A DNA stretch of 63,174 nucleotides, counting the filler, from Octopus bimaculoides (Eukaryota), in NCBI RefSeq assembly GCF_001194135.2. It is 4 parts of 4 records of this genome, joined end to end, with 100 filler letters (N's around TTAATTAATTAA, not from the genome) between each part and the next. Parts side by side here need not be neighbours in the genome. Positions count along the whole stretch, not along the records: positions 29,780 to 56,269 come from NC_068982.1; 3 more parts are not named here. One strand, written 5' to 3'. The translations under genes were made by a program, and so were the position numbers. Position 1 is the stretch's first letter; each line of letters begins with the position of its first letter. This document shows, in pieces, positions 39,761-52,928 of the stretch. The notes under the pieces are model-generated. The model worked only from the letters and a program-made list of their open reading frames with translations, was not told the DNA's origin and ran no database searches.

Positions 39761-42473
39761 TGCTTGTCCATGAGGGGCTCTGCCCCTCCCCTCCTCCATC
39801 CTCTCTGCCTCATCAACCTTTTCCCCCATTTCATCCCTTAACACCCATCACTTCTATCACCTGAGAGTAGAATAGGCACATACTACATTAATACATTCCC
39901 TGGCTTTCTCAGATACCTTTCTTCCCTCACCCTAAATCACTTCCATTTCCCATTATCCCCCCCTCACCTACTGTCTCCACCAATTACCTCCTTTCTGTGC
40001 CTTCTTTCACATGTGCTGTTCTTCATTAACGTCTCACTTATCTGCTATCACTGTACTGCACCCCCCCCCACTTCCCTGAGCCTCTCCTATATTTCTCTCC
40101 ATCATCTGCTACAGTCACCTCTGTTCTTCCCACTCACCCAGTCCAAACCTCTATATCAGCTTACTTATTCTCACTACCCCAATGTCCCTCAAGAGCATGT
40201 CCTGACACACCTTTGCCATCATCTCTCTCACTATTGCTCTCCTTACCTTACTCTCTGACTCACTCTCCTTTCTTTTCCATCTGGAGTATCCATGTATCTA
40301 CTCTACAGCAAGACATCTTATCTGAAGAAACAGAGAAGAGTTGAAGAAATTATTTTCTCATATTCTTACTGTTTGAAAACATGACCTGAATTTCTATTCA
40401 ATTGATTATCTTAGATAATTCCATGCTTTTAGAAAGTTTAGAATGTCTTATGAGTGCAATTTTTCTGATTGATATATATTTTACACTTCTTGTTTACTAT
40501 TGAGAAATACCTTCAGTTTTAAATATTTGATACCCTTAACATATTGTGAGACATAAAATGCTAATATTCTTGTTATGTAATGAGACCCTGTACATAATTA
40601 AAAATGACTTATTAGACTCATGTTAGAATCAAAGAATTATATTTGAATACGTGAGACCTAAGTCTTTACAATGTTGTTCAGGATTTACTCAGAAACTCTT
40701 ATTGTGGATATTAGCTTCAGTTACTTGACTGGAAATGGAAACATTATGAGTGCTAGGATATATTAGGTAACATATTATTGATCCTGTGTGTATCTTGTTT
40801 GTGACACAAAAGAATGCTGTATTTCTAGATTTCATGTGGTGTTGTAGTACTAAACCAAAGTTCTAAAAGCCTGAATAAATATTTTAAATGCAACCCCAAA
40901 AGCTTGTTAGGTTCATGATTCAGTGTTGATTAACAGAAGCTGCTCAACAACAATCATTTCTTCCCAGTCTGTTGGGTTGAATAGTAGTTGTAGAAAACAA
41001 AACATGATAATGTGTGTACTTGAAGAATCAAACAATCTATGACTTATTCTGCAAATGAATGTAAAGAGGTTAAAAAAAAAAAAGTGATTTCTGCTGTTGT
41101 CATTTGTAAAAGCCAGTTTGTTGAGAATTACATCTTACTTGTTTAACTGGTCAATATTTCTGGTGTCCACCCATTTGTTAACAGTATGTTTTATTGACAT
41201 CATCCCAGAAATTACATTTAGTGTAGTCTGGAGATAGTAAAACCATAATGCGGTTAGAGGGATGATTCTAAAATCAGGCTATTTAATAAAAGTTTGAGTT
41301 AGTGAGTCAGCTTCCTTCTTGTAAATGTTTCATCAAAGGAAAGCTGTTAGTGAATATGTGTAGTGAGAGTTTATATAGGTTAAATAGGTAACTTTAAAAT
41401 TGCAATATCATGGTAGATAAGGAGTTGGTGGCTGTTACAGCTTATGGCTTATAAATTCATATCAAATCAAAGGCATTATGCTGTGTTCACATTAATTTTT
41501 TTCTTTTTTTTTTTCTTTATGGCTTAGTCAGAATAGGAAGGTCAGTGTTCATGACCCTTTCCAGAGCCTCTGAGACTTTAGAAGGAAGTTATCTTCAGAC
41601 TGGAGACCTTCACCAAATACTTGCTTTGGAATGCATTCTTCTTAACCCGTTACCTCCCATAATTCTATTAACTGGAATTTTTTTTATGAAACTTTGATTT
41701 CTAGCATAAAACAGCCTTAGAAACACGCTGGAATGATCAAAATAACATTTTAAATAGAAATAAGCGAGATATTGGGTGAAAAATTAGCAAATCTCATTTG
41801 AATATCAGAGAAATATACCTAGTAGATATAGCAAAAAGGTTAGATATGTGTAAATATTACGGAATTTGTAATTTTTAAGTGATCTCATATGAGATCACTG
41901 GTAGGTAATGGGTTAATCTGTCCAAGGATTGTGTTGGCATTACCCTGGGTGACAGACTAAGTCTCTATCCGAAGAACAAGAATTGTCTCTATGAGAAGCA
42001 TTTACTAGTTCCATTCCCAAAGCTATGGTAGAAGACATTTGTCAAGAATTTTGATGTATTGATAATGGGTGTGTTGTTAAGATGTTTGCTTCCCAACCAT
42101 GTAACTTCAGGTTCTGTTGCACTGCATGGCGCCTTAGGTCAGTGTCTTCTACTATAGCTTTGGACAAACAAAAGCCTTGTGTATAGATATGGTAGATGGA
42201 TTTTAAAAAGCCCATTGTATATGTATTTATATATTTATGTATATATGTACATCTGTCAGACGGGACGGGACCTTGATGAATGCCATGAGGCAGGAAAGTA
42301 TACTAGTCCTTATATATTTAATACTCTATATTTAATACTCAATATTTTATATATTCAATAAGACATTCAATACTTCATTTTACTATTTATATTATATATT
42401 CCATATTCTATATCCAACATTAATTTTATAAGAATATAAATAAAGCATAAAAGACAGAGTTGGAACTCTTTTA

Positions 42474-42540
<67 letters not shown>

Positions 42541-42555
42541 NNNNNNNNNNNNNNN

Positions 42556-42604
<49 letters not shown>

Positions 42605-42969
42605 CACAAACACACACACACATATATATACACACATAAACACACACACACACATATATATATACACATAAACACACATACATCTGTGTCTCTGTGTGCA
42701 TGTGCATTTGTGTCCCTTGTCTTGACATCATACACCAGTTGTAAACAAATATCGCTTTTATACAAATGATATTGTTTGTTTCTAGTTTTTCTTGAAAACA
42801 CATCTGACCATAGAGAAATATTACTTTGTTTGGAAAGAAGTGAAGATTGGTGACAGGGAGGGCATCCAGTGACAGAAAATCTGCCTTACTGAATTCCATC
42901 TAACCCATGCAAATATAGAAAAGTAGACATTAAAGCAATGCTGATGATGTTGGACTGAAATAAATCCAT

Positions 42970-43620
42970 CTATCCATCTTCTCTGCCTACTATTCCTGAG
43001 AGGTTTGTTGGGGTAGAGTCCTCAGGTACCGCTTCCATAGGGTCCTATTAGAAGCAGTCATCATTAGGTTTTCTGGTTGGATTCCCAAGCATGACCAACT
43101 GAGACTATGGATTTTATCAAACCATCTCATTCTTGGTCTGCCCCTGAGTTTCCTGCTGTTTAGTTTGGTTTGAAGAAACCATTTTGCAATTTTTTCCTGC
43201 AACATTCTGATCAAATATCCATAGTACTAGAGCTGTGACCTCTCAATGTAGACACATTGCAGCTCTACCTGGAGAGACTCCCTGATCTCCAAGCTAGACT
43301 CCCTGTCAAGTAATGTTATTGCAGAGATCCTTTGGAGGAACCCCATTTCAGCTACTTATATTCATGATCATAGTCTTTTGTTCATTACTTAACTTTCATG
43401 ACTGTAGGCGAGGATAGGCACAGAAACTAAATTGAAGATAGTGCATTTGGCCTTTTAGTCTATCTCTCTTTTATTGAGGATTGAATGCTGGATGTGACAC
43501 ATTACTGTGCAATCACCTGCAATTTTAGCATCCAATTCGGCCTCCTGCTTTCCATCACTTGTGAATATGGCAGGTCAAATGTAAATACCAGTTTGGCACC
43601 TGGCTTGAATAAGGCCTCAA
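42970..43620 (-). mobile_element. Rex3/Expander-like RTE LINE 3' part
   Basis: FTSDGKQEAELDAKI..VPILAYSHES..AEMGFLQRI..RGRPRMRWFDKIHSLSWSCLGIQPENL. Confidence 0.8.
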
Positions 43621-43639
43621 AAAACTTCAGTATAAAAGG

Positions 43640-44010
43640 GGTTCAAAAAGAACAACCATACCACATTGTCCATAGTATGAGTTAACAAGGTGTGTGTTCA
43701 GATCCTAGGTGGAGGAATCTGTTCAAAAAATATATTGCTGTCTCCACTCAGTTCTGGTACAACCAGCAATAATCCTGTTGCTTCTGGGAAGTGTGGGGAG
43801 GAAGTTCAAAGGATGTGTCCCAGGACCATGAAGTAAGTTCAGGAGGGGGCAACCAGTAAGTATTGGAAATTGGAATGTCACACCCCTTATGAGGAAAGAG
43901 CAGGAAGTAGTGGAGGAGGCCAAACGCTACCAGCTGGATATAGTCGGTGTCTCCTCTACAAGGTTCCATGGCTCTGGTAGGTTTGGATGGAGGATGGAAA
44001 CTCCACTGAA
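43640..44010 (+). mobile_element. Rex3/Expander-like RTE LINE 5' part (start of APE endonuclease)
   Basis: IGNWNVTPLMRKEQEVVEEAKRYQLDIVGVSST. Confidence 0.8.
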
Positions 44011-45437
44011 ATAATTAATGTTTAGAATCATTAAAACTGTAGGTCTGAGAAAACACCTTGGAATATAATAAAATAGATCTCGTGACAAAATGGTGACTAA
44101 TGTGTTTGGTTTTTTGTGGCAGAGAAGTAAATGCTAACGAATTCAACTTGTAAATTGATGAATCTAGTTTGACAACAGTAAATTAATAAGTCTACTTTGA
44201 CAACAGAAGATGAACAAGAAAAAATTTCTAATGACTTTGGATATAGAAAAAAAGAAAAGCAGCTTGTTTCTATTTCTGCAGTTCCAAGCTAAGAATATTC
44301 TCTGTATAAATGTTAGCATGTCATTAATATATGAAAGAAGTTAGAAATATCAGCAAGAACACTGTTGTAAAGACATTCATATATCATTAATATCATTTAA
44401 ATGCTATTCCTTAACTAATATTGTCAGAGAAGTTTTCTAAAACAATATTTGTATTTCCCACAACTGTGCATATTAAATACAAGAAGCATAGCATTCTGGG
44501 TGTACAATTTATTAGTGTTTCATTTATTGATGGCAACAAAGAATTTCTTATATTGATTGATTGGTCAATATACTGTGATAGTTTCCATCAACATTGATAA
44601 TAGCAGTGAAACAAATAAGTTGAAATTAATGGTGATTCAGCAGAATGGATGAATTGATTATAGAGAATAATATCTTATAGTTAACTTTTGTCAGATAAGT
44701 TTTTTTTTAAATTTTTTACTAAGCTTATAGGAATTATGGCCTGTGAGATGGCTGAATGGATAGGTTATTGGCTATTGATTTATGATTCTAAATTGTGTCA
44801 CAGCCATTTCATTATCTTTCGGAGAGTAAAGGAAGTTACTTCTAATAACTTGTTTCACTTTAGTGCAGAGTATATTCTAAGCCTCTTGCCTATAATAATG
44901 TCCCGCGTAGTTGCCAGATATTTGTTTCATCCACTTTTGGGATTCAGAAGAGGAATTAAGCAAAAGCTTATGAAGACATGCCATTTGTGTTCACCACTCC
45001 CAGCAACACCATCAACTTCCTCCTCCTCCTCCTCCTCTTCCTCCTCCTCCTCCTCCTCTTCNNNNNNNNNNNNNNNNNNNNNNNNNNNNNNNNNNNNNNN
45101 NNNNNNNNNNNNNNNNNNNNNNNNNNNNNNNNNNNNNNNNNNNNNNNNNNNNNNNNNNNNNNNNNNNNNNTCCTCCTCATCATCATCATCATCATCATCA
45201 TTTTATGTTTGTTTTTACATGCTGATGTAAACTGGGCTGTCCTACCACTTGATCAGGTCTTTCATCATCTCTTTTGTGAGATTCAGTATCCTGATGTTAG
45301 CCTCACCACTTCTTTTATTCTTCAGTCTTTTCTTTTCCACAGGCTGCAGCCACATGGATTGTTTGGCACTTTTTCACTCAACTGTTATCCTTCATACACA
45401 TTATACATCTGTTTAGTGCAGTCTTATCTCTTGCACG

Positions 45438-45822
45438 TGGAGGCGCAATGGCCCAGTGGTTAGGGCAGCAGACTTGCAGTCGTAGGATCATGGTTTTGAT
45501 TCCCAGACCGGGCGTTGTGAGTGTTTATTGAGCGAAAAACACCTAAAGCTCCATGAGGCTCCAGCAGGGGATGGTGGCGAATCCTGCTGTACTTTTTCAC
45601 CACAATTTTCTCTCACTCTTTCTTCCTGTTTCTGTTGTACCTGTATTTCAAAGGGCCAACCTTGTCACACTCTGTGTCACACTGAATCTCCCCAAGAACT
45701 ACATTGAGGGTACACGTGTCTGTGGAGTGCTCAGCCACTTGCACGTTAATTTCACGAGCAGGCTGTTGTGTTGATCGGATCAACTGCAACCCTCATTGTC
45801 GTAACCGACGGAATGCCAACAA
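45438..45822 (+). mobile_element. tRNA-derived SINE family C, full length
   Basis: tggcccagtggttagggcagc..gattcccagacc head; tail gagtgctcagccacttgcacgttaatttcac..gtaaccgacgga. Related fragments at ~1530-1900, 15040-15140, 32880-33110, 53470-53690, 60250-60420. Confidence 0.8.
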
Positions 45823-45839
45823 AGACAATCTCTTGCACA

Positions 45840-46160
45840 TTACAGTTGATTCCACTCATTTCACCAGTGTTCTGTTCTTCAAGCACATTGACATTACATG
45901 TCCATCAGAGCATGCTTACCTTATTTCTTAGCAGCCACACATTCCCCACATTCAATGCCTATGTCTCCTTACCATGCAGCATTGCATGTTGTACGCAAGC
46001 ATTATACCAATTACCCTTCACTTAGAGTGAAAAACCTTTTGTTGCCAAAGATGTAATACTTCATTGAAACCTCACCTTATGCCCTTCGTCTAGCTTGTGG
46101 CTACCGTTGATTATATCACCTGGGTAACAGAAACTACCAGCTACTTCCTGTGAACATTGT
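45840..46160 (-). mobile_element. RTE LINE post-RT fragment, decayed
   Basis: SFCYPGD..LATKGFSLxVKG..YNACVQHAMLHGKET. Confidence 0.7.
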
Positions 46161-48604
46161 GAGCAGTTAAAATACTTCACACCTTTGGTTGTCTTATTGC
46201 TAACTACTCCTGTGCATCTATTACATATGGAGTTTTTGTCAGCTAGCCTCGTGATCCCACTACATCTTTTGTGCTCACTGGAAAATTTGTCGGAATTGAC
46301 AATGATGTTTTTCTTGCATATTCTTGAAAAAAATATATTTACAGGTGTGTGACATTGCTCACTGCTAACTATTCACCAACAAAGTAGGAGCAGAACCTGT
46401 TGTTAGTTAGGTACACTGAAAGAAGTTGAAATGGCTGAACATAATAGCAGTGAAAGGATTTGAACATATGTTCAGAAGTTTAGTATACTTATCTCACAGC
46501 TGCTTTGCCTCTGTTACTTAGCTTTCTTTCTTATTGAAATTCCACCTACACAACTTTGGAAAATCAATTATAATGAGGTAGAACAGTTTGTGTGTCAGCT
46601 GTCTGTTGTGAGTTTCTTCAAGCCAATATCTTATCTACATTGTTCTAAAGACAAGAATAGTCAATAGAATCAAGTAAGAAACTGATATATTCTAGATACA
46701 TTTGTTCCATTATCCATTTGGAATATTATATTTATTCAGAGAAATGGCGAAGATTAGATCTATAAAAACAAAATAATAGTTACTTTTTTTTAGCATAGAA
46801 ACATCATTTTGTAAGGAAAATAAGTTCCTTGACCTCAGTATAAAATTGATATTTTTACAACCTGAGCAGAGCAAAGCACACACACACACACACACAAAAA
46901 AAAGAAAAAATACTCAGAAAGATTTAAATGAGGAACAAAGCGTTCCAGACTATTTGTAATATTTGCAAGTTCTTAGGTTTTAATTTCCTTGATAGTTTTA
47001 TAGTTTAAGAAACTAACAATAATAGTGCATAATTTTGGACTATTTCTGTTTCTGTAGCCATATTTGTCAAATAAGAAAAAAGTATTGCAAAAGATCCAGA
47101 ACCTCTATGCATGCACAAGCCTAGTCAGTGCTCAATGCCAAGAGTTACCATAATCTGGGTAGAAGCTTTGTGGATTCTGGAACAATCTTCTAAAAGTTGT
47201 AGTTAGAAGCAACTCTGGATTTGAAAACATTTTGTTTTAATCACTGGACTGTAGCTTTTCCAGGTTATTACCAATTATTCCACTTCTGACATTTATTTTA
47301 TTGATCTTTATTTCTTGAACTGATAAGTTATGCTGTAACACAAACTAACTCAACGGTTATTTATACTTCTCAATATTAATGCAGGCACATAAGGTGGTGA
47401 GCTGGCAGAATTGTTAGCATGCCAGGCAAAATGCTTAGCAGTATTTTGTCTGTCTTTGCATTGTGAGTTCAAATTCTGCCAAGGTCGACTTTACCTTTCA
47501 TCCTCTCGAGATTGATAAAATAAGCATCAGTTGAGCACTGGAGTCAATGTAATTGACTAACTCTGTTCCCTGAACTTGCTGGCCTTTTTCCAAATTTAAA
47601 TCCAATATTAATGCAGACACAAACACATGTGCACACACATATACATCATACATACATAATAATAATATATAATGCGTTTCTGCGTCATTTTTGTCTACCA
47701 GATTCCACCTACATGGTCCATCTGAGGTGTTAGTAGGGCACACATGCCTATCTTATGGGAATGAATTTATTAATATGTAATTAATTCCCAAGTTGAAACA
47801 AGCTCAGATAATGAAACCAAAGTGTTGATTACACTAATCCAGGAGCACATTCTGAAAGATTACTTTTGAGCTGCAGCGAATTGCCTTCCTCTACACAAAA
47901 GGTATATACACATCCAATCTATATTCCTTGTGAGATAAGACATGAATACTCTTTAGGTCTGCTCAATCAAGTTTGGCTTGGGGGTTAAAATAGTAACAGC
48001 AACAACAAATCATGTAATAAGTTCAGCTGTAAATATATACACATGTAAGAGAAGTATATTAGAGAGAAAGCTACAAGTATAGTTGTTAGTGGTATCATGA
48101 GTTTGGTAATTTCTCATATAAGGTACTTAGTATGATATTTAAATATACTAATCTTGAACTAGACATCTCACAAGATTCAAATAACTATGTAAGCTTCTAA
48201 AAGTCACAGAAAGGGTCTTTTAAATGACAGGGAAGCTAATTTTTTAACATATTTAGGAAACATTGTTTATGAGAAAAGGGGCTGTTTATCTCATGGATTC
48301 CTTTTCTTGAGTTTTGTAGTGTTCATTGTAAAATTATAAAGTTTGTTGTTTTGTAGACTACAATTTTGTAGAGTTTGTTGAATTTCTTTTTTTTTTAAAG
48401 TATGGTGTAGTTTTGTAGTGTTTTATTTTGATGCTGTTGAAAGAGATAGAATCATCTATTTCATATTATAGTATGTTTGGAAGTCCTTATCAAGGTGGAT
48501 GGGTGTACAGATAAGGTGGAAGCTGTTGAGTATATATGTCTATAAGTCTGTATGTAGAAGCTAATGGATATCATTGTTATAGAATTAAGCTGTGGTTAAA
48601 GATA

Positions 48605-49040
48605 CTCTTTTACTCTTTTAATTGTTTCAGTCATTTGACTGCGGCCATGCTGGAGCACCGCCTTTAGTCGAGCAAATCGACCCCAGGACTTATTCTTTGT
48701 AAGCCTAGTACTTATTCTATCGGTATCTTTTGCCGAACCGCTAAGTTATGGGGACGTGAACACACCAGCATCGGTTGTCAAGTAATGTTGAGGGGACAAA
48801 CCCAGACACACAAAGATATACACATACATACATATATACGACGGGCTTCTTTCAGTTTCCGTCTACCAAATCCACTCACAAGGCTTTGGTCGGCCCGAGG
48901 CTATAGTGGAAGACACTTGCCCAAGGTGCCACGCAGTGGGACTGAACCCGGAACGATGTGGTTTGTACGCAAGCTACTCTATTTCATTAGCGATTTGCCA
49001 TGAAGGCAAGCTACTTACCACACAGCCAATCCTACGCCTA
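48605..49040 (-). mobile_element. SINE family A, full length, with 27-bp insertion in the head
   Basis: Same architecture; gcaagctact duplicated around the insert. Confidence 0.9.
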
Positions 49041-49471
49041 TAATGTAAAGAATTTGAATGTCAGTCAGAATTGATTGTAAATTTGATTTTCCCTAGAACT
49101 TGCTTGTGTAACAAAACAGAGAGTTAGGGGTTTTAACAAGATAACTTTTCTTGAATTGAAGTAGAAAAAAAAAAAAAATCTTCAGACAGGATGCTTGAAA
49201 TAACAAGTCATTTCAGCATTTTTATCTGACTGATTGATAATACCTGAGGGTTGCAGTCTGCATGCAAAGTAAGTTGAAAACCTTTTCCAACTTTGATCAT
49301 AGGCACAGGTGTGGCTATGTGGTGAGAAGCTTGATTCCCAACCATATGGTTCCAGGTTCAGTCTCACTGTATGGCACCTTGGACAAGTGTCTCTTCTACT
49401 ATAGCTTTGGGCTGACCAAAGCCTTGCGAATGGATTTGGTAGACGGAAACTGAAAGTAGTCTGTCATAAGT

Positions 49472-49515
<44 letters not shown>

Positions 49516-49971
49516 NNNNNNNNNNGGTTGGATGATTTGACTGAGGATTGGTGAAACCGAATGGCAACACCAGGCTCCAGTCTAATTTGGCAGAATTTCT
49601 ACAGCTGGATGCCCTTCCTAACGCCAACCACTCAGAGAGTGTAGTGGGTGCTTTTACGTGTCACCCGCACGAAAACGGCCACGCTCGAAATGGTGTCTTT
49701 TATGTGCCACCCGCACAAGCCAGTCCAGGGGCACTGGCAACGATCTCGCTCGAAAATCCTACGGGAGCCAGTCAGGCGGTACTGGCAACGGCCACGCTCA
49801 AAATGGTGCATCTCATGTGCCACCCGCACAAGAACCAGTCCAGGGGCACTGGAAACAATCTTACTTGGCTTGCCGGGTCTTCTCACGCACAGCACATTTC
49901 CAAAGGTCTCGGTTTGGAGGGTACAAAATATTTTAGTGGGGAAACACGTGAGGTGGATATATATAGAGAAT

Positions 49972-50306
49972 GAGAAAAGATGAAAAAACACAGAAGAGTT
50001 GTTTTACAAGTTTTAAGAGTATATTAGGGCCATAAGAATAAAGATATTATACAATTCTGTACAAAATAAGGTTTTGTTCTTTCAACATAATTAAAGTAAG
50101 AGCTGGTTTCGTATTACTCATCAAACTGAGAATCGAAAAAGGCAACTCTCTGTTTGGTGAGCAATGTGAAACAGGTCCTTACTTCAATTATGTTGAAAGA
50201 ACAAAACCTTATTTTGTATGAAATTGTATAGTATCTTTATTCTCATGGCTCTAATATACTCTTAAATCCTGTAAAACAAATCTTCTGTGTTTTTTCATCT
50301 TTTCTC
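49972..50306. mobile_element. Fold-back element: 160-bp inverted arms, 15-nt loop, TA/GA-repeat flanks, decayed hammerhead-like motif in each arm
   Basis: Arms 49972-50131 and 50147-50306; outer 129 bp differ at ~10 positions; inner arms read tttgatgagtaatacgaaacc and tttggtgagcaatgtgaaacaggtc. Confidence 0.7.
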
Positions 50307-50340
50307 TTTCTTTCTCTCTCTCTCTCTGTATATATATATA

Positions 50341-51235
50341 TATAAATAATGTTTTTTTTATACTTTTATTTTTAAAAATTAAGACAAACAAAGTTCTCTT
50401 TTAATCTAAAATATACTCTTCTTCATTTTCTACAATGCTCTTCCATCTATCTAGTAGACTTGCAAGGCCCCTCTTCCAAAATTCACTTGTCCGTGGCAAA
50501 AAATACTCCTCCAGTACTGTTCTGACCTCATCTACAGAATTCATATTTTTTCCGTCCAAATGATTTTGAAGACTGCGGAATAAATGATAATCAGATGGGC
50601 AATATCTGGCGAATATGGTGTGTGGGGCATCATTTCCCATTCAAACTGCTCCAATCTTTGGAATCTCATCCTCACTGTATGTGACTGAGTTTTATTCTGA
50701 TGGAAGAACACCTTTCGTCTTGAAACCAAAGATGGTAGTTTTTCTTCTAATACAGGTGTCGATGAATAGTTGAATGACCAAACGCACGCTTCTCTGCTAG
50801 TTCCTCAACAGTTACGATGGGATTTTGTTCCACCAGGGTTTGCAGGACGCCCTCACCAAGCTCTACAGATCTTCCAGGACGAGGCTTGTCTTCCAGGCTG
50901 TAGTTTCTAGCTTGGAATTTCTGGAACCACCATTGACACTGGCTTACGCTTATTGACCAATTCCCATATACTGCATTAATATTCCTCACACTTTCTGTTG
51001 CGTTGTTGCCTTTATTGAACTCATAAAGCAAAATGTGCTGAATATAGTCTTTGCCACTTCTATTTGAAAAAGTAACTGTCAAAATCGAACTGCACTTTTC
51101 AAAACTTGCACCAAGAATAAGGACAAGGTAAAATTACTACCTGCTTTTATAGCAAGTTGATGCAAGTAGTTTATCCCACCCCCTCCGACTTTTAGTTCAT
51201 ACAATTGAAAAAACCTTGTTATTTATGAGATAACC

Positions 51236-51239
<4 letters not shown>
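50341..51239 (-). mobile_element. Internally deleted mariner transposon
   Basis: ILLYEFNKGNNATE..WFQKF..SLEDKPRPGR (HTH region) joined to HTPYSPDIAxSDYHLFRSLQNHL..RWKSIVENEEEYILD; central DD region missing; TIR at ~51220-51238. Confidence 0.9.
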
Positions 51240-51273
<34 letters not shown>

Positions 51274-51968
51274 ATGTGTGTGTGTGTATATATATATGTA
51301 TATATTTATGTGTGTTTGTCTTTGTGTGCGTGTTTATCCCCCCATCACTGTATAGCAACTGGTGTTGGTGTGTTTACATCCCTGTAACTTAGCGGTTTGG
51401 CAAAAGAGACTGATAGAATAAGTATTAGGCTTAAAAAATAAGTCCTGGGGTCAATTTGTTTGACTAAAACCCTCCAAGGCAGTGCTCCAGCATGGCTGCA
51501 GTCAAATGACTAAAACAAGTAAAAGAATAAAAGAATAAACTGAGATTATTCAGTAATTAATTGACAAGAAGTACCTCAAAGAGATATTTAAAATCTAAAA
51601 ACAAGAAAGGAGTAAGTTTATTGGAGTTATTTTTTCCACTTGTTTTAAAATTTTTAACACCCCTAGAGAGTTTGTCTGCTAATTTGCTTGAATAATCTCA
51701 ATTGAATCAAAGTTTTCTACTTCACTATATTATGAAGCTTAGACCCTCCTGCAGGTGAACAGGAATTATATCAATAATTCTTATTCCTATTATCATGATT
51801 AAATGACTGGTACTTTTGGTGCAGATGTGTCTGTGTAGTTAAGAAGCTTACTTCCTAACCATGTCATCTCAGGTTTAGTCCAACTGTATGCCCTTTACTA
51901 CGAGCCCTGGTCTAACCAAGGCCTTATGACTGGATTTGGTAAACAGAAACTGCAAGAAGCCTATCATA

Positions 51969-52007
<39 letters not shown>

Positions 52008-52399
52008 ATGCTCGTGTGTGTGTACATGCTCGTGTGTGTGTTTGCATATGTTGGTGTGTGTGTTTGTGTGTATTCTTGTCTTGACATTATGTGATGGCTG
52101 TAAATGAGCATCACCGTCATACCAGCATGGTTGTTCATTTCCAGTTGTCTGTAGTGAAATATTGCCTTAGTTGGAAACAAGTAGGGTTGATGACAGGAAG
52201 GGCATTCAACTGTAAAAAATTTGCCTCAACTAATTCCATCTGACCTATGCAAGCATGAAAAAGTGACATTAAAAATGATGATGGTGATGATGTACCTTAT
52301 TTCATCAACTCAGGAAGAATGAAAGCCAAAGTCACTGAAGTCAACTTTGCATCGCATCCCCTTCTCCAAGTCAACAAAAATGTACCAGTCAAATACTGA

Positions 52400-52842
52400 G
52401 GTTGGCCAGGAGCTATAGTGGAAGACATTTGCGCAAGATGCTGTGCAGTAGAACTGAACCTGATACCACATGGTTGCAAAGAAAACTTCTTAACCACACA
52501 GCCACACCTGTACCTATTATAAACATTTATTCTACATTAAATGGAAAAACTGACTTGTTTTGAAGAGCAGCAACATAAATAGTGCACCGAATAACACTCA
52601 TCAAATTACATATGCTGTTCCATGAAAAATAACTTGTGTGCAACCAGTTATTCGGTGCACTATTTATGTTGCTGCTCTTCAAAACAAGTCAGTTTTTCCA
52701 TTTAATGTAGAATAAATGTTTATAATAGGTACAGGTGTGGCTGTGTGGTTAAGAAGTTTTCTTTGCAACCATGTGGTATCAGGTTCAGTTCTACTGCACA
52801 GCATCTTGCGCAAATGTCTTCCACTATAGCTCCTGGCCAACC
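52400..52842. repeat. Perfect 196-bp inverted repeat with 51-bp spacer
   Basis: 52400-52595 is the exact reverse complement of 52647-52842 (SINE head plus unique flank). Confidence 0.95.
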
Positions 52843-52892
52843 AATGCCTTGTTGGTGAATTTGATAGACAGAAAACTGTTTTGAAGTCTGTT

Positions 52893-52928
<36 letters not shown>

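Noticed and set aside
45438-45515. tRNA-like sequences at SINE heads
   Set aside because: They continue into SINE bodies and lack a complete cloverleaf; not tRNA genes.
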